Made by a program: the position numbers and the translations under genes
Shown: positions 26,813 to 39,402 of the stretch, in pieces
Numbering within the stretch: position 1 is the stretch's first letter
Layout: each line of letters begins with the position of its first letter
Assembly: GCF_037042905.1 (NCBI RefSeq)
Contig: NC_087252.1
Span: 14,262,001 to 14,326,000 of the forward strand
DNA from: Lytechinus pictus
Taxonomy: Eukaryota
Reading direction: 5' to 3'
Length of the DNA: 64,000 nt
Notes under the pieces: generated by a model
Databases searched by the model: none
Seen by the model: the letters and a program-made list of their open reading frames with translations, nothing else
What the model was told of the DNA's origin: nothing

Positions 26813-29800
26813 CACATAGCTCGTGCGTTGTAACGCTGTGAAAAAAGGAAAAAGGGATGCCGTCTCCGGCCTTTTTTCATGAAGAAAAGAATCCAACCTC
26901 ATTACAATCGAAAATATTAATGACAAATTGCATTTCGATTGATTATAAGTGTGATTACATGGGGATTATGCTGTGCATGAATTTGGCATTTATACCTGAC
27001 TTCTCGGGATGAAATTCTCTTATATAATTTTTGCATTTACCTCTCTGTTTATAGGCCTATTTTAGATAATAATAGATAATAATATCTATTATATCAGATA
27101 AAATAAAAATATACAACTTACATTAATGGAAAAATTGACAATTAATTCAAAAGACAGTGAATTAGCCCATTTTCTCCCCTGGATATCCCTACCTTTAACT
27201 GCATCGTCCTTTGCCACATTTCCTTCATTCACGTCACTTGATGTTCTGACCAATTTGTTTATGTTGGATATAATATTTTAATTTCTATATAGGCCTACTA
27301 TATGTAACTTGCTTTAATTTGTAAGAAATATATCATTAACAATAATTTGTATAAGTTAGTGTTTTGATCTTTGTTTATGCGCTATTATAATAGCAAGTAG
27401 TAATTATAAAGGGTATCTCATTACTTTTCTTGGCGTTACACCAGTGTACATTCTAGAATCGATTTTTTATTCGCTTTTTAAGGGGTGGGTGTAATTAAAG
27501 ACTAGTGTCATACGCACCCAATCAAAATTACTTTGACACACTATGATCAAAATAAAATAGGGGCGCGACTGCATGGATCCCTCCCTAAAGTGAAAATGAA
27601 CATGACATAATAAATGATTGTGATTTTATGCACCCCCTGTTTCAAAATCATTCTGCGGCCCCGTATGTCAATGATATTATAATTTTGTTCATCCGTGAAA
27701 ACCTTAGTTATTATAAAACAAACCTGAATAATCAAGCTCAGGTCCATAGGCTAGCCAATGAAATTAAAAGAATATAATTAGAAGATCAAATTAGTTATAC
27801 TTTTAAAGTGACAAACAAAACTGAATATGCAAAACGCATGTTTACCGGTTTATGACATAGGCCGGTGCCAGTGTTTGGAAATCTTTGCCATAAATTTCGG
27901 ACACAGTTAATAAATATTAACACAATTTCAAGACAGGTAATTATGATGATCACTCAACAGCTGACAATTTGTATAACATCTTATTCCAAGTATTTTCAGG
28001 GCAATATTCAATAATATTATGTTTGGTTTTAGTACTCACAATTTTGCAACCGTTTTTATATAAGTTTATTAAGTTTGCATTTATGAATCTCTTTCATGAT
28101 ATTGTTATCAACTGGTTTTATACACTCAGTTTTAGTAATAATAATCTTTGTAGTATAATACAAATATCCTCAGTCTTCCCGCCCTTTTTCTTCTCTTCTC
28201 CTCCTTATTCCTCTCCTTCTTATTATTCTATCCTTGATTTGTTCACACAATATTGGTCCAATCATTATAGGATCACAAACGCCGGCCATAATTATATCAA
28301 CAGAATATTTCAGCCGGTTTGCCGATCTGCATAGTATTTCAGCCGGAGTGAATCAAGTTTAGACTTTCCAGAAAATCAAAGTGAAATTGTTCTATGTTGC
28401 GTTAAACACGCATTGTAATTTGTTTACTCTCCGAAACATTGAAATGTTTGCAAGTCAATAATACACGGTAAACATCCTACACTTTACCCCATGGCCTCCT
28501 GTACATTGCAAAATTGTACTACTGCATGCGCGCATTTGATATGCAAATTTTGCTGTCAACAAACATTTCTTAATTGCTCGAACGTATATAAGTAATCAAT
28601 ATGACCGGATCGGTTGACAGCATTGGAAATTTAAATCATAAACTGATCAATTAATTGGACCAATGCATAAATCATTTTCAAATATTATCAATAAAAGTCA
28701 TTTTATGACTCACGAGTTATTGTGATGTTGGTTTCATCGACGTTTAAAACCATGCATGGGGAAAGGAGTTAGGCTCTATATTCTTTATATGATTTCTATG
28801 TGTAGATCTAAATGGAAAATGGATTATAAAAATTATCAAAAGTAAAGAAATAAATTATCAGCAATCAGCATCATAGTAATTAGGAAACTATACTTGAAAA
28901 AAAAATGCAATCGTGTTTTTTCGATAGCTTGTGTCTCGGATGCATCAGACACTGTGAAAGGGCCTATGAAATTTCTGAGGTCAACTTGAACACCAGATCA
29001 TGTTAAATTTGCAGGACCTAGAACGATATGCCTAGGCCTAGCTGCATGTTATTTTTAATATTCATCCCTTCCAAATCATCAGAAAATAGAAGTCATATAT
29101 ATGATACATCGAAATGTTATAACCAAAGCAAAAACGATTGGGGATGTATGTTATCGTTGGACTGTATTATTTGTAGGATATATTATGCCCTATAGATAGG
29201 TCTATATAGGCAGTTTTGTCCTCAGTTTTGATAGATTCTTTGTTAATTTGAACTTTAATCCAGTGCGATTTACAATATTTTGCTTTTCCATTTGCTTTCA
29301 AGCTCATATGTCATCATTTTGTTCCGTTTCTGTGCTATCACTGTACATGCCCCATAGGTACGCGCATGGCAGGCTGCGAAGACCTATCGAGTAATGGCGG
29401 CCGGTGTAGCGGCGGATTCGGTTCCACCGGCGGATACCGTATCCGCCGGCAGATATCGTTCTTAATGGCCGATATCGTTTTTAATCGGAACCATATCCGC
29501 CGGGTTTGACGCGGCTTGATGTTTGCAGATTTGGTTCCTCGGCGGATTTGGTTCTATTGACGATACGTGTAATATTTATTTGGACAGACGTCCAACCTCG
29601 GCAGCGCGCGCATGCGCAGCTCTGGCAATGTCGTTACCAATCAGTGTAGTAAAATAACACGAAATCGTCATTACGGTGTAGCGTTAATTTCGGTGAAAGT
29701 TACGTAATCTTCGCACACCGAATTCGCAGAGCGGCAGCATGGTCGAGTGATTTTTGTAGCCTGTTATTAGTCGTTTCGCGTGTATTTGACACAGAAGCTT

Positions 29801-30771
29801 GCACCGTGCGATGATTCACACAGCACCCGCGCTCTTGACCGAAGAGCCGACCCAACATATGCTCAATGAACTTACACACAAACTAAGGCCTATACCTCAG
29901 GTATCTTTCCTTGCATGCACACACCAGTTAGTAGCTTCATGCACACACCAAACCCCATCTCCCTTGTATACACATGATACATGTAATGATAAACATGATA
30001 AGAGAGAATTGAGAGGAATGAGGGAAATTGTTCTCTGACCATCGTGATCATTGTGAATGTAGGCCTATAAAACATGCATGCTAACTGACTACGGGACCAA
30101 CCAGCCAGTCACTGTTTCCCCCTTTTCTGCACTTAACAATCATTGTAAAGCCAAAGGAAAAATAAGGGATATTATGATTCATGTGATATTGGACAACAAG
30201 TCATGTAAGTTTTATAATTTCATCATTTTCATCTGTTTTGTAATTGATGATCCTGATAATTCCTTCACTGTGTCAGTGAACTGCATCAAGGACTCATAAT
30301 TTTTATATAGTTTTTACTGGTTTTTATTGTACATGTCAATCTTATGCTCCCGTTTCTATCACCTCTGAATATTAATACTAACGCAAATAACCTTCAATAT
30401 CACTGTAGTAGTACGACGTTGTGTACATACCAGTACACTACGTGTAGAATGAAAGTTCACATATCGGATACAAAAGTTTACGTGAATGACGGCTGTCATA
30501 AACGCCTATCAGTCGTTTTATTCAGCTTTACAAAACTGATGTACATGTTCTTTTGCTAATTTATAACAAAATGGCACGGTAAAAATCTAATCGGCATGGA
30601 TAGATCGGATGCTAATAAAGTTGAAAAACAAAGTATCGTAGTTTGCAGAAATCCTTTTGTTTTGGGACAAATCGCCGGGAAGGGAAAGAAGGGGGAAGAG
30701 CTCGTGGAATCGTTCGCTTTCGCTTGTTTCTCATAGGGTTTGCGTGCAAATCTCTGTGAACCGTTGGCAAT

Positions 30772-31159
30772 GTTTTGTTTTGTAGTGATCTTTATTATTC
30801 ATTCAAATAAATTTCATACATACATAATCAAGAAAATATAGAACAAAATGATAATTGCAGCAGTGCAATACACAAATTAAATAACAGTGTAATAAACATA
30901 GCAGGCAAATTGTACCAGAAAAGAGACATAATCCGAACTCATGCAAAAATAACATTTCAACAACTTATGTATGCAGCTATAAAACAAATAATAAAACAAA
31001 GACGTAACAACTACGCAAATTTAAAGAATGAATGTATATGAGCATTCTCCCGTCCCATGAGCCCCCCCCTATCAGACCCCAAAGCTGAACAAACACACCA
31101 ACAACAAGAAACGGGAGAAAAAGACAGAAAAAAAAACACCATACACATAACGGAGAGAG

Positions 31160-31209
<50 letters not shown>

Positions 31210-34200
31210 CAAATGACAGGACAGGAACAATTAAAAGGATTTAAAAAAAAAAAAAAAAAAAAAAACAATAACAGACAGGACAGAGGTCAGTTTACAGCGA
31301 CAGTGTTCGATCGATTCCATGCACAGGCAGACGAGGGGCACCCCCCCCTTCCCCATCCTTTTTATTTTGGTTAATGTTTATAAAACCTTTAAATATTCCC
31401 ATTTTTTATAGTGTCGCGTTAACGTATTACGCTCTAATGCAATTTTCTTTTCTTCTTCTTTGCCAATAAGTAACTTTTCCTTTATCTCTTCAGGAGTTGG
31501 TGGTTTACCCTTCCCTCTCCCTTGATATATTAAATATTTGATTAGCAAAATGATATGATTAAGTAATTGTATGTTTTCGGTTGTTTCCTCGAGACCAATA
31601 TGGATTTCCATCCAGCTTAGTTTTTTTAGAATTGGAAGGCCAAACAAATTACTACTCCGTACCCACAAATCTCCTACTTTTTCACATTCAAAAAATAAAT
31701 GCTTGTATGTTTCTTCGTATTTTCTACAGAAGGAACATTTATCACTTGCTATAAAATGAAACCTGTATAAGTGATGATTCAGAAAGATGATATTGTATAA
31801 CATTTTAAATTGAAATTCTCTCAATTTGTTATCCAACGTACTAAATCTAGGACGATAAAATGTTTTCTCAATTTCTTTATTTGACAGATTATATAATAAT
31901 GCTAAGTTATGAAAACTGACTGGTTGTTCAGCAATTTGTTTTATACACCCTCTATATAGATTTTTGGAAGTAACCGAGTCGAATTGAATTTTTTTCTCAT
32001 AAAAGACAAATTCAATATTCAAGCCGTCCACTGAAGTATTCCTTCTTAATCTGTCTTTCCATTCTCTAGGGGTATGTGCAAATATTTCTTGAATAACTGA
32101 TACTTCCTCCTCGTCCAATCCCATACATCTGAAATAATTATCCGGCTTAAGTGCCCCCTTAACATCTGTAATGTGATGAAATTTAAAAATATTTTTGAGG
32201 AACAGATTTTCATGAAAAAACGTTTTTCCTTTCTTCAAAATACACTTATTATTAAAGAAAATTTCATTTCTTTTACTATTTGTATCTTTTTTAATAAAAA
32301 TATTCATATCAGACCAAATACATAACATTTCTCGGTAATATTTTGGTAATTTAACATCGACCATATCAGGGGAAAAATTGCAGTAAAATACTAAAAGACC
32401 ACCAAATGTTCTCAGGAGAAATTTAAAATATATTTTCCATTTTGCTCTCTGGTCACCAGTAACTAATCTTTTAATCCACATCACTCTTTGTACCATTATA
32501 AATAGTTTGAAATTGAGCATTTTTAGCCCACCTTGTCGGTAATCCAGATATAAAGTATTTCTTTTTATTTTGTCTTTCCCCCGCCATAAAAAGTCAAAAC
32601 ATGTATCATCAATTTCTTTGAAAACCCAGTCTGGAACTGAAGATAGGGAGCTCACATAAGTCAATTTGGAAAACGCATACGTTTTAAGCAAATGAATTTT
32701 TCCTATCAAAGTGAGATCTCGTTGTTTCCACCAATTTAATAACTTTTTGATTTTGCTCAAAATTTCTTTGAAATTCATTTCTTCAGCGACATCAGGTTTG
32801 AGTGAAAAGTAAATACCCAGTATTTTCACAATATCAACTCTTTTACCGAATGGAAAGCTGTTCCCCGGTGGAACAGGAGGCCCTAGAGGCAAAATAAAAG
32901 TTTTATTTTTATTAATTTTCAGTCCAGATATTTTCTTGAACTTCTCAAGGATTATGTATAATCTATCTATAGAGTCTAAATCTTGCACAAATATTGTCAT
33001 GTCATCAGCATAAAGAACCTGCTTAATTTCTGTATCGCCAAAGCAAATACCCCTTACTGAATTATCGTTTCGAATAGAGTGAGTTAAACACTCTATACAC
33101 AATATAAAAAGATATGGGGACAGGGGGTCCCCCTGCCTTAGCCCCCGCTCAACATCGAAATAGCCAGTTGATCTCCCTCCATTGAAAACGCAGCATAGTG
33201 TGTTAGTGTAAATTACTTTGACCCAATCCCTAAACATCGTTCCAAAACCGAATGAACAAAGTGCCTTTTGAAGAAAAGCGTGTGAAATTGAATCGAAAGC
33301 CTTTTCAAAATCGATTGCTAATAAATAACCCGATTTATTAAAATGTGAGGTATGAAATATCATGTCATTAATTAATCTTACTGCTTCACCAATATTTCTG
33401 TCATTTAAATACCCTACCTGGTCAACTGAAATAATGTTACTCAGAATCGCTTTTATTCTTTTAGAAAGTATCTTAGTGAGAATTTTATAATCTACATCTA
33501 CAAGTGAAATGGGTCTGTAATTGCTAATGACTGTAGGGTCTTTATCCCCCTTGTGTATTAGTGTAATTACTGCTTGCCTCTGAGAGGGCGATAATTCTTT
33601 ATGAATCAAACTATCATTAAGCCCGTTAATAACTAAATCACCTACAACATACCAAAATGTAATGTAAAACTCGACGCTCAGTCCATCATTCCCCGGAGAT
33701 TTATTAAGTTGCATTTCTTTTAAGATTTCAATACAATCACCTTGGTTTATTTTTCCTTCACAGTGATTACTCTGATTTTTTGTTAGTTTGGGTAAGCTAT
33801 TGGGAAAAAACGTATTATCGTCGCATAATCCTGCCTCAGATTTAGCGTATAATGATGAATAAAACTTTCGGATTTCATTTAAAATATTAATTTCATCACT
33901 AATTATATTTTCATTCACCTTAAGTTTTTTAATTACACATTTTTTCCCATTAGAATCTGTCAATTGTTTAAAATATGCGGTTTCCCTTTCCCCACTTTCA
34001 AACCACGGCGCTCGAGATCTGATTTTTATACCTTCATTAACATAAGTATAAATTGCTTTTAATTCATTTCTTTTCCTGGTTAAAATGTCAATTGAATCCT
34101 TATTTTTATTACTTGGTCTTTGTTGCAGTTCTTCTTCTAATTTTACAATTTCCTTTTCCAACTTTGTAATCTTTTCTCTTCTTTCTTTTGCCTTTTTCTT

Positions 34201-35490
34201 TGAGTACTTCCTAGTAAAACTTCGGATTTCCATTTTAACATAATCCCATAAAATTCTGCTGTCCTTAATCTCTATTGATAACATCTGTTTCAAACGAATA
34301 ATTTCCTCCTTCATACTTTTAACATATTCTTCGTCCTTACATAAACTGTTATTAAATTTCCAATAACCAGTCTTAATCGTTGGTTTGACCATATGATTAA
34401 AATTAATATTGAGTTCTATTGCTGAGTGATCAGGTGATAATGAAGGTATTATTTTACAATTCAACACTTTCTCTTCTAAAATATCTGAAACCACCCAGTA
34501 ATCCAATCGACTTTGCATATACGGATTTCCTTGATGATAGGTATATTGTTTCTTGGAATCATTTTTAACACGCCATATATCTAAGGCCTTATAATCCGTA
34601 AGAAAATTTTCGAACATTGAACTAAGTTTAGATTGATTCTTGTTTACGATTTTTCCATCATAATCTAAATAAATATCCCTAACCATATTGAAGTCTCCTC
34701 CTATAATAAAAGGTTTATTTTGGAACTCCTTTCTTCCTAAAATCTTAATAATAGAATCCAAAAACTCAAGTTGCTCGTGCACTTTACTACTAACAGGGAA
34801 ATAAACATTTCCCAATATTACTTCCTGATTTTGCAAAGATCCAATAATAAAAATGTATCTACCTCCTGTATCGATGATTGTATGTTTGATTGAGATATCA
34901 AACCCTTTATCTACTAAAATCATAACGCCTTTACCGTGGTTTGTACCGTGACTAAAAATACAAAAGCCATCCCACATGGAACTCCAATTACTAACAATAT
35001 CTTGAGTGCTAAAAGTTTCCTGGAGGAAAATAATATGCCCTTTTTTATCCTTACACCATTTAAATATATTTTGCCTCTTATGACGTTCTCGAATTCCCTT
35101 AACATTTAAAGATATGAAGTTGCAGATTAAAGAATTAAACACAGGGGTATGGACAAGATAATAAATCGTGGGATGAGAAGTGGAAGAGCGCCGCACCCTG
35201 TCCGCCCGGCCTACATGTAAATCTGATCATGATCAAAATGCCACTGCCAACTGACCCTGAAAGGAAAAAGGAAACGAAAAACAAAGTGCACATAAAACAA
35301 ACATCAACAAGCAAGACTATCAAGGGAGATCTTCCTATAAAGGAAGTGTCTAAAACGAAAACCCTCTTACATGTCTTAGACATCTTCATGATGTCTCGCC
35401 AACCCCTCTCCCTATAACTTGAGATTTATTTTGAAGGTAAGTCAATAATGAGCAAAGGAAAATAAAGAGAGAAAAACAAAAAAAAAACCT
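30772..35490 (-). mobile_element. L1/Tx1-clade LINE lacking ORF1: pyrimidine-rich leader, ORF2, U-rich 3' UTR, AATAAA and short CAAAA tail
   Basis: ORF2 31378-35196; poly-T tracts on the sense strand at 31160-31265; sense-strand AATAAA at ~30791-30796 followed by CAAAACAAAAC. Boundaries approximate; no TSD found. Confidence 0.75.
31378..35196 (-). CDS. Uninterrupted L1/Tx1-type ORF2: APE endonuclease, reverse transcriptase, C-terminal zf-RVT
   Basis: 1272 codons; SLNVKG, LQETF, GGDFN, SRLDY, PDH; KSPGNDGL, YRPISL, DFEKAFD, RGLRQGDPLSP, YADD; CSFC..EETYKHLFFEC. The annotated start is GTG; no in-frame ATG precedes the endonuclease N-terminus. Confidence 0.95.
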   Translation of the reverse strand: MRRSSTSHPTIYYLVHTPVFNSLICNFISLNVKGIRERHKRQNIFKWCKDKKGHIIFLQETFSTQDIVSNWSSMWDGFCIFSHGTNHGKGVMILVDKGFDISIKHTIIDTGGRYIFIIGSLQNQEVILGNVYFPVSSKVHEQLEFLDSIIKILGRKEFQNKPFIIGGDFNMVRDIYLDYDGKIVNKNQSKLSSMFENFLTDYKALDIWRVKNDSKKQYTYHQGNPYMQSRLDYWVVSDILEEKVLNCKIIPSLSPDHSAIELNINFNHMVKPTIKTGYWKFNNSLCKDEEYVKSMKEEIIRLKQMLSIEIKDSRILWDYVKMEIRSFTRKYSKKKAKERREKITKLEKEIVKLEEELQQRPSNKNKDSIDILTRKRNELKAIYTYVNEGIKIRSRAPWFESGERETAYFKQLTDSNGKKCVIKKLKVNENIISDEINILNEIRKFYSSLYAKSEAGLCDDNTFFPNSLPKLTKNQSNHCEGKINQGDCIEILKEMQLNKSPGNDGLSVEFYITFWYVVGDLVINGLNDSLIHKELSPSQRQAVITLIHKGDKDPTVISNYRPISLVDVDYKILTKILSKRIKAILSNIISVDQVGYLNDRNIGEAVRLINDMIFHTSHFNKSGYLLAIDFEKAFDSISHAFLQKALCSFGFGTMFRDWVKVIYTNTLCCVFNGGRSTGYFDVERGLRQGDPLSPYLFILCIECLTHSIRNDNSVRGICFGDTEIKQVLYADDMTIFVQDLDSIDRLYIILEKFKKISGLKINKNKTFILPLGPPVPPGNSFPFGKRVDIVKILGIYFSLKPDVAEEMNFKEILSKIKKLLNWWKQRDLTLIGKIHLLKTYAFSKLTYVSSLSSVPDWVFKEIDDTCFDFLWRGKDKIKRNTLYLDYRQGGLKMLNFKLFIMVQRVMWIKRLVTGDQRAKWKIYFKFLLRTFGGLLVFYCNFSPDMVDVKLPKYYREMLCIWSDMNIFIKKDTNSKRNEIFFNNKCILKKGKTFFHENLFLKNIFKFHHITDVKGALKPDNYFRCMGLDEEEVSVIQEIFAHTPREWKDRLRRNTSVDGLNIEFVFYEKKIQFDSVTSKNLYRGCIKQIAEQPVSFHNLALLYNLSNKEIEKTFYRPRFSTLDNKLREFQFKMLYNIIFLNHHLYRFHFIASDKCSFCRKYEETYKHLFFECEKVGDLWVRSSNLFGLPILKKLSWMEIHIGLEETTENIQLLNHIILLIKYLIYQGRGKGKPPTPEEIKEKLLIGKEEEKKIALERNTLTRHYKKWEYLKVL

Positions 35491-38140
35491 GTGGACTACA
35501 ACATTATCCTGAGGAAATTGCCTCTCGACTATATTCATGCCCTAAATTCAATGTGCAGCGCTCTCGCTGTTATCGATTCACTGTGGTGACCTCATTTTAT
35601 TACATGTTTGCGTAATGACGATTTCGCGTGATTTTACTACACTGCCAATGGGGGGAGGGGATTTTCGTCCGCCTTTAGACTTTTAGTGAATTTTTATTCA
35701 GGGGCGGATCCATACAGCTTTTGACGAAGGGCTCGATGGGGTTGAGGGAATAGGAGAAACAATGACTCGATATATCATGTATACATAGACCTGGCACATG
35801 CGCCAAAACTTTGCTATTTATTATTATCAGATTTTGATGATGTCACATCCCCATTTTCCGTTTTCTTATGTTATCACACAAAACCATATTTTTTTCATTT
35901 ATTTCATACTTGTGTGAATTATATGTCTCCCTTATAATGAAATAAGTTGCAGCAATAAATACCTAATGCACTAAATCAGTTGTCAATCCAAATTTTCTAG
36001 TTCTTGGAGGAAAAAATTTTAATAAACCTAATTTCATATAATAAATTACAAAAGAACAAGTGGAGATGTGACATCAGTCCACCTAATGGATATTCATGAC
36101 GTAACAGGCGGGGGGGGGGGGGGGTTGCCCCCTGGCGGAGTTCACCAGGAATAAAAGAAAAACGGGAAAGGAAAAAAAAGGAGGGAGAAAGAAAGGGAAA
36201 GGGGAATGAGGGGAAAAGGAAAGGAAAAAGTGAAAAGAAAACGAAGAAAAAACCCTTTTTAATGGAAAAGGAAGGAAATCGGGAAAATGAACGAAAGAAG
36301 AACATTTGAGAAAGAACAAATCATTCCAAAACAGGCATATGTAATGCAATAGCATGGTGGGAAATAAATTAAAAGATGACAAAATGGCAAACAATAGCGC
36401 GAAACGAAGGTAAAATGCAATTAGTCAAAAGCTAATTTTTGGAAAACAAAGAAAAGGGACAAGAAAAAAAAAATAACACGACCGGGCTTCCGATGATTGA
36501 AATTAAAGAGCGGGAAGAAAGATGGACTGCATACAACATTGTGCTATAAGCTAGCTAAATTTTATGTAAATAAGCTACCGGGGCTTTGCCCCAGACCCCA
36601 CACAGTAGGGGCTCTTCATTTATACTGAACCTCAAATTGCTCTATAACGCTTCCCGTTCACAATCACGTTAAATTACTGCACATGCGCCGGGGGGGGGGG
36701 GGGGGGGGGGGTCTTGGTTCCACACCCAAGAGAAATAAAATAAATTAAAGGAGACGAGGTATAATGAAATGAATGGAAACAATGAAATTTGTTATTTGCT
36801 GAATCTAATGGAAAAATCAATTACATAATTAGAATTTAATTTCAAAAGGCATTTTTTCCAGCTCGATCGCTTTGCGACTTTTTACAGATTTTTCCCACAT
36901 TACTATGTTTTGCCCCTCAAAATATTTTGGTTCATTACGCAACTGGGTTGAATAAATGTGTTGTGTAAAAGCTATATCCTGTACATGCCCGCGATTTGAT
37001 TAAAATAGCGGCAATCTGCGAGGTTTAAATGGCTTTGATATCAAGAAATTCCGGACCCCAACCGCACAGCACTGCGTATGGAAGGGTTGGGCTATGGTCC
37101 CAAAAAGTTCTACAAACAAGAACAAAAAGAAAGGAGGAAAGAAAAGCAAAGGAAAAGTGTAGAATATGATTTTTTTACTGAATATAATGCCAAAAAATAG
37201 CTCAAAGTTAGATTCTTCTTTGTGTGCAGTATGTGAATTTTGTTTCATTTATTGTAAAGCGCGTAGAGAAACTTTCAGTTTTATGCGCTATATAAGGGAA
37301 GTATTATTAGTAGTATTATCATGAAAAGGTGATTTTTTTCTCGCTGGCTTCGTTCGGGACTTATATAAAGCAGCTTTTTAGCTCATGTGCTATACTGCGC
37401 CCCTCGTTTTTTTTTTACACTTCACGCTACTGCCGCAGAATCCTGTTCACAGTGGCGGTACAGACCACCAAAAAAAAAAGGAATCTAAAGAGAGAAGAGT
37501 GAAAAATATTATTCTCTTCGCTTCGCTCACTTTTTTTTAAAGATAAATTATGCCCGATACGCAATATCTGGCCTTTTCAAAATAGTCGCCTCATTACACA
37601 AAATTTTTGACTCTTGCCCCCCCCCCCCTGCTACGCCGCTGACTCAAGAGCCCTTCTCTACACATGCCCATCATCCCTCCTCAGCACGTCCCCATACCAA
37701 CGCACGACGTTCGCCTTTGCCAACTGGTCCTTCGCTTCTTCCAACCCTAACATCTACATCAAGTCCTCAGTCTTCTTCCTGTCCATCAACTTCATCCCAC
37801 ATCACTCTCACCTTTGCTCTCTCCTTGCCCTCCTTAAGATCCCCATCTTATTTTTGTTCAAACACATGTCTCATTCCCATATAACATCACCGATCTTACA
37901 CAACTCTTATACACCATTCCTTTCATCTTCAAAGGAATTCTTTTCCCACATAGCAGCTCTCCACATTCCCTAAACTTAACTCACCCAAACTTTGCTCTAG
38001 CTGTCACAGATGCCTCACACCCACCACACCATAAATGATCATGAAAAATACATTTCCTTAAAAAAAAAAAGAGATTTGGATCCCTCAATATCGCCTGTAC
38101 TTCTGGTGCGCGTGCATGCATGACGTGTGAACGTGATGAA

Positions 38141-39045
38141 CGCTGGAGGGGGGGGGGGGGGGGGGGAGGGCCTCCAATTTATTTTCCAAATAAACAAGGA
38201 GAGAGAATAATAAAAATGTGTATGTATTTATTTCAATCTATTTTAATTGATAAATTAATCATTTAATTGATTTGTTTTCAGTTTTTTTTCTTTTGTGATA
38301 TAGAGAATAAGAGGTATCATTCGTTTTTAATTATTTCTATGTGTGGAAGTTCAATCATTTCAATCTATTTTAATTGATTAATTAATGTATTTATATTGAT
38401 TAATTTAATGTATTTATATTGATTAATTTAATGTATTTATATTTATACATTAATCATTTAATTTATTTGTTTTCAGTTTTTTTGTCTTTTGTGATGTAGA
38501 GAGTCAGAGGTATCATTCGTTTTTAATTCTTTCTATGTGTGGAAGTTCATTTATTTATTTATTTATCAATCTATTTTAATTGATTGATTAATGTATTTAT
38601 ATTTATTCATTAATCATTTAATTTATTTGTATTAATATTTTTCCTTTTGTGATATAGAGAGCCAGAGGTATCATTCGTTTTTAATTCTTTTTATGCGTGG
38701 AAGTTCATTTATTTCAGTCTATTTTAAATAATTGATTAATCAATGTGTTTATATTGATTAATTAATGTTTTTATATTTATTCATTAATCATTTAATTTAT
38801 TTGTTTTCATTTTTTTTGTCTTTTGTGATGTAGAGAGTCAGAGGTATCATTCGTTTTTAATTATTTTTATGTGTGGAAGTTCATTTATTTATTTATCAAT
38901 CTATATTAATTGATTAATTAATATATTTATATTTATTCATTAATCATTTAATTTATTTGTATTTTTTTTGTGATATAGAGAGTCATAGGTATCATTCGTT
39001 TTTAATTCTTTTTATGTGTGGAAGTTCATTTATTTATTTATTATC
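38141..39045 (-). repeat. Degenerate AT-rich tandem array (~5 units), inverted relative to 44420-46349
   Basis: agaggtatcattcgtttttaatt...gtgtggaagttca repeated five times; unique flank cgctggag(G)n-cctccaatttattttccaaataaacaagg mirrors 46268-46349. Confidence 0.9.
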
Positions 39046-39402
39046 TATATATCTATTTATTATATATATATATATATTGTTATCTGATACGCGTGCGTAG
39101 GCCTAGGTCTTATGTTGATACAGGCTCGTACATTTCATTTATTTTTATTCATTCTGTAAGTTCTTGTGGATATACAAAATGATGACGGCAATCATTATAA
39201 AGCTCAGAATATCTACTCTTTCACCTGGTATCCTCAGAAGATTCCTCGATCATTCAGGCATGAATGACTTTAACAATTTGAAGAAAGTATAGATATACAA
39301 TCTAAATTTAAAAATAATCGTTTACCTTTTTTAATTAGTCGTAGTTGAAGGGTGTTATAACCTTATTTTTTGTTACATAAAAGGAATATATATTTTATTT
39401 AA

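Larger units (their letters stand above)
29642..35644. mobile_element. 6003-bp TIR/TSD-bounded element enclosing an L1/Tx1 ORF2
   Basis: Left CAGTGTAGTAAAATAACACGAAATCGTCATTACG (29642-29675); right, reverse-complemented, CAGTGTAGTAAAATCACGCGAAATCGTCATTACG (35611-35644); 32/34 identical. CCAAT at 29637-29641 and 35645-35649. Confidence 0.85.

Noticed and set aside
30600..30790. Possible snRNA, tRNA or spliced-leader target site of the Tx1-like element
   Set aside because: I recognise no U1/U2/tRNA/5S sequence at either junction; an Rfam search would be needed to exclude it.
31011..31374. Poly-Lys and poly-Phe ORFs
   Set aside because: Translation of poly-A/T tracts in the LINE 3' UTR; the same applies to the low-complexity ORFs at 35997-36394 and 54499-54852.
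29642..35644. Polinton/Maverick or Transib/ProtoRAG assignment for the TIR element
   Set aside because: Termini are CAGTG rather than AG- or CAC-type, and no polymerase B, integrase or RAG-like coding sequence is present.
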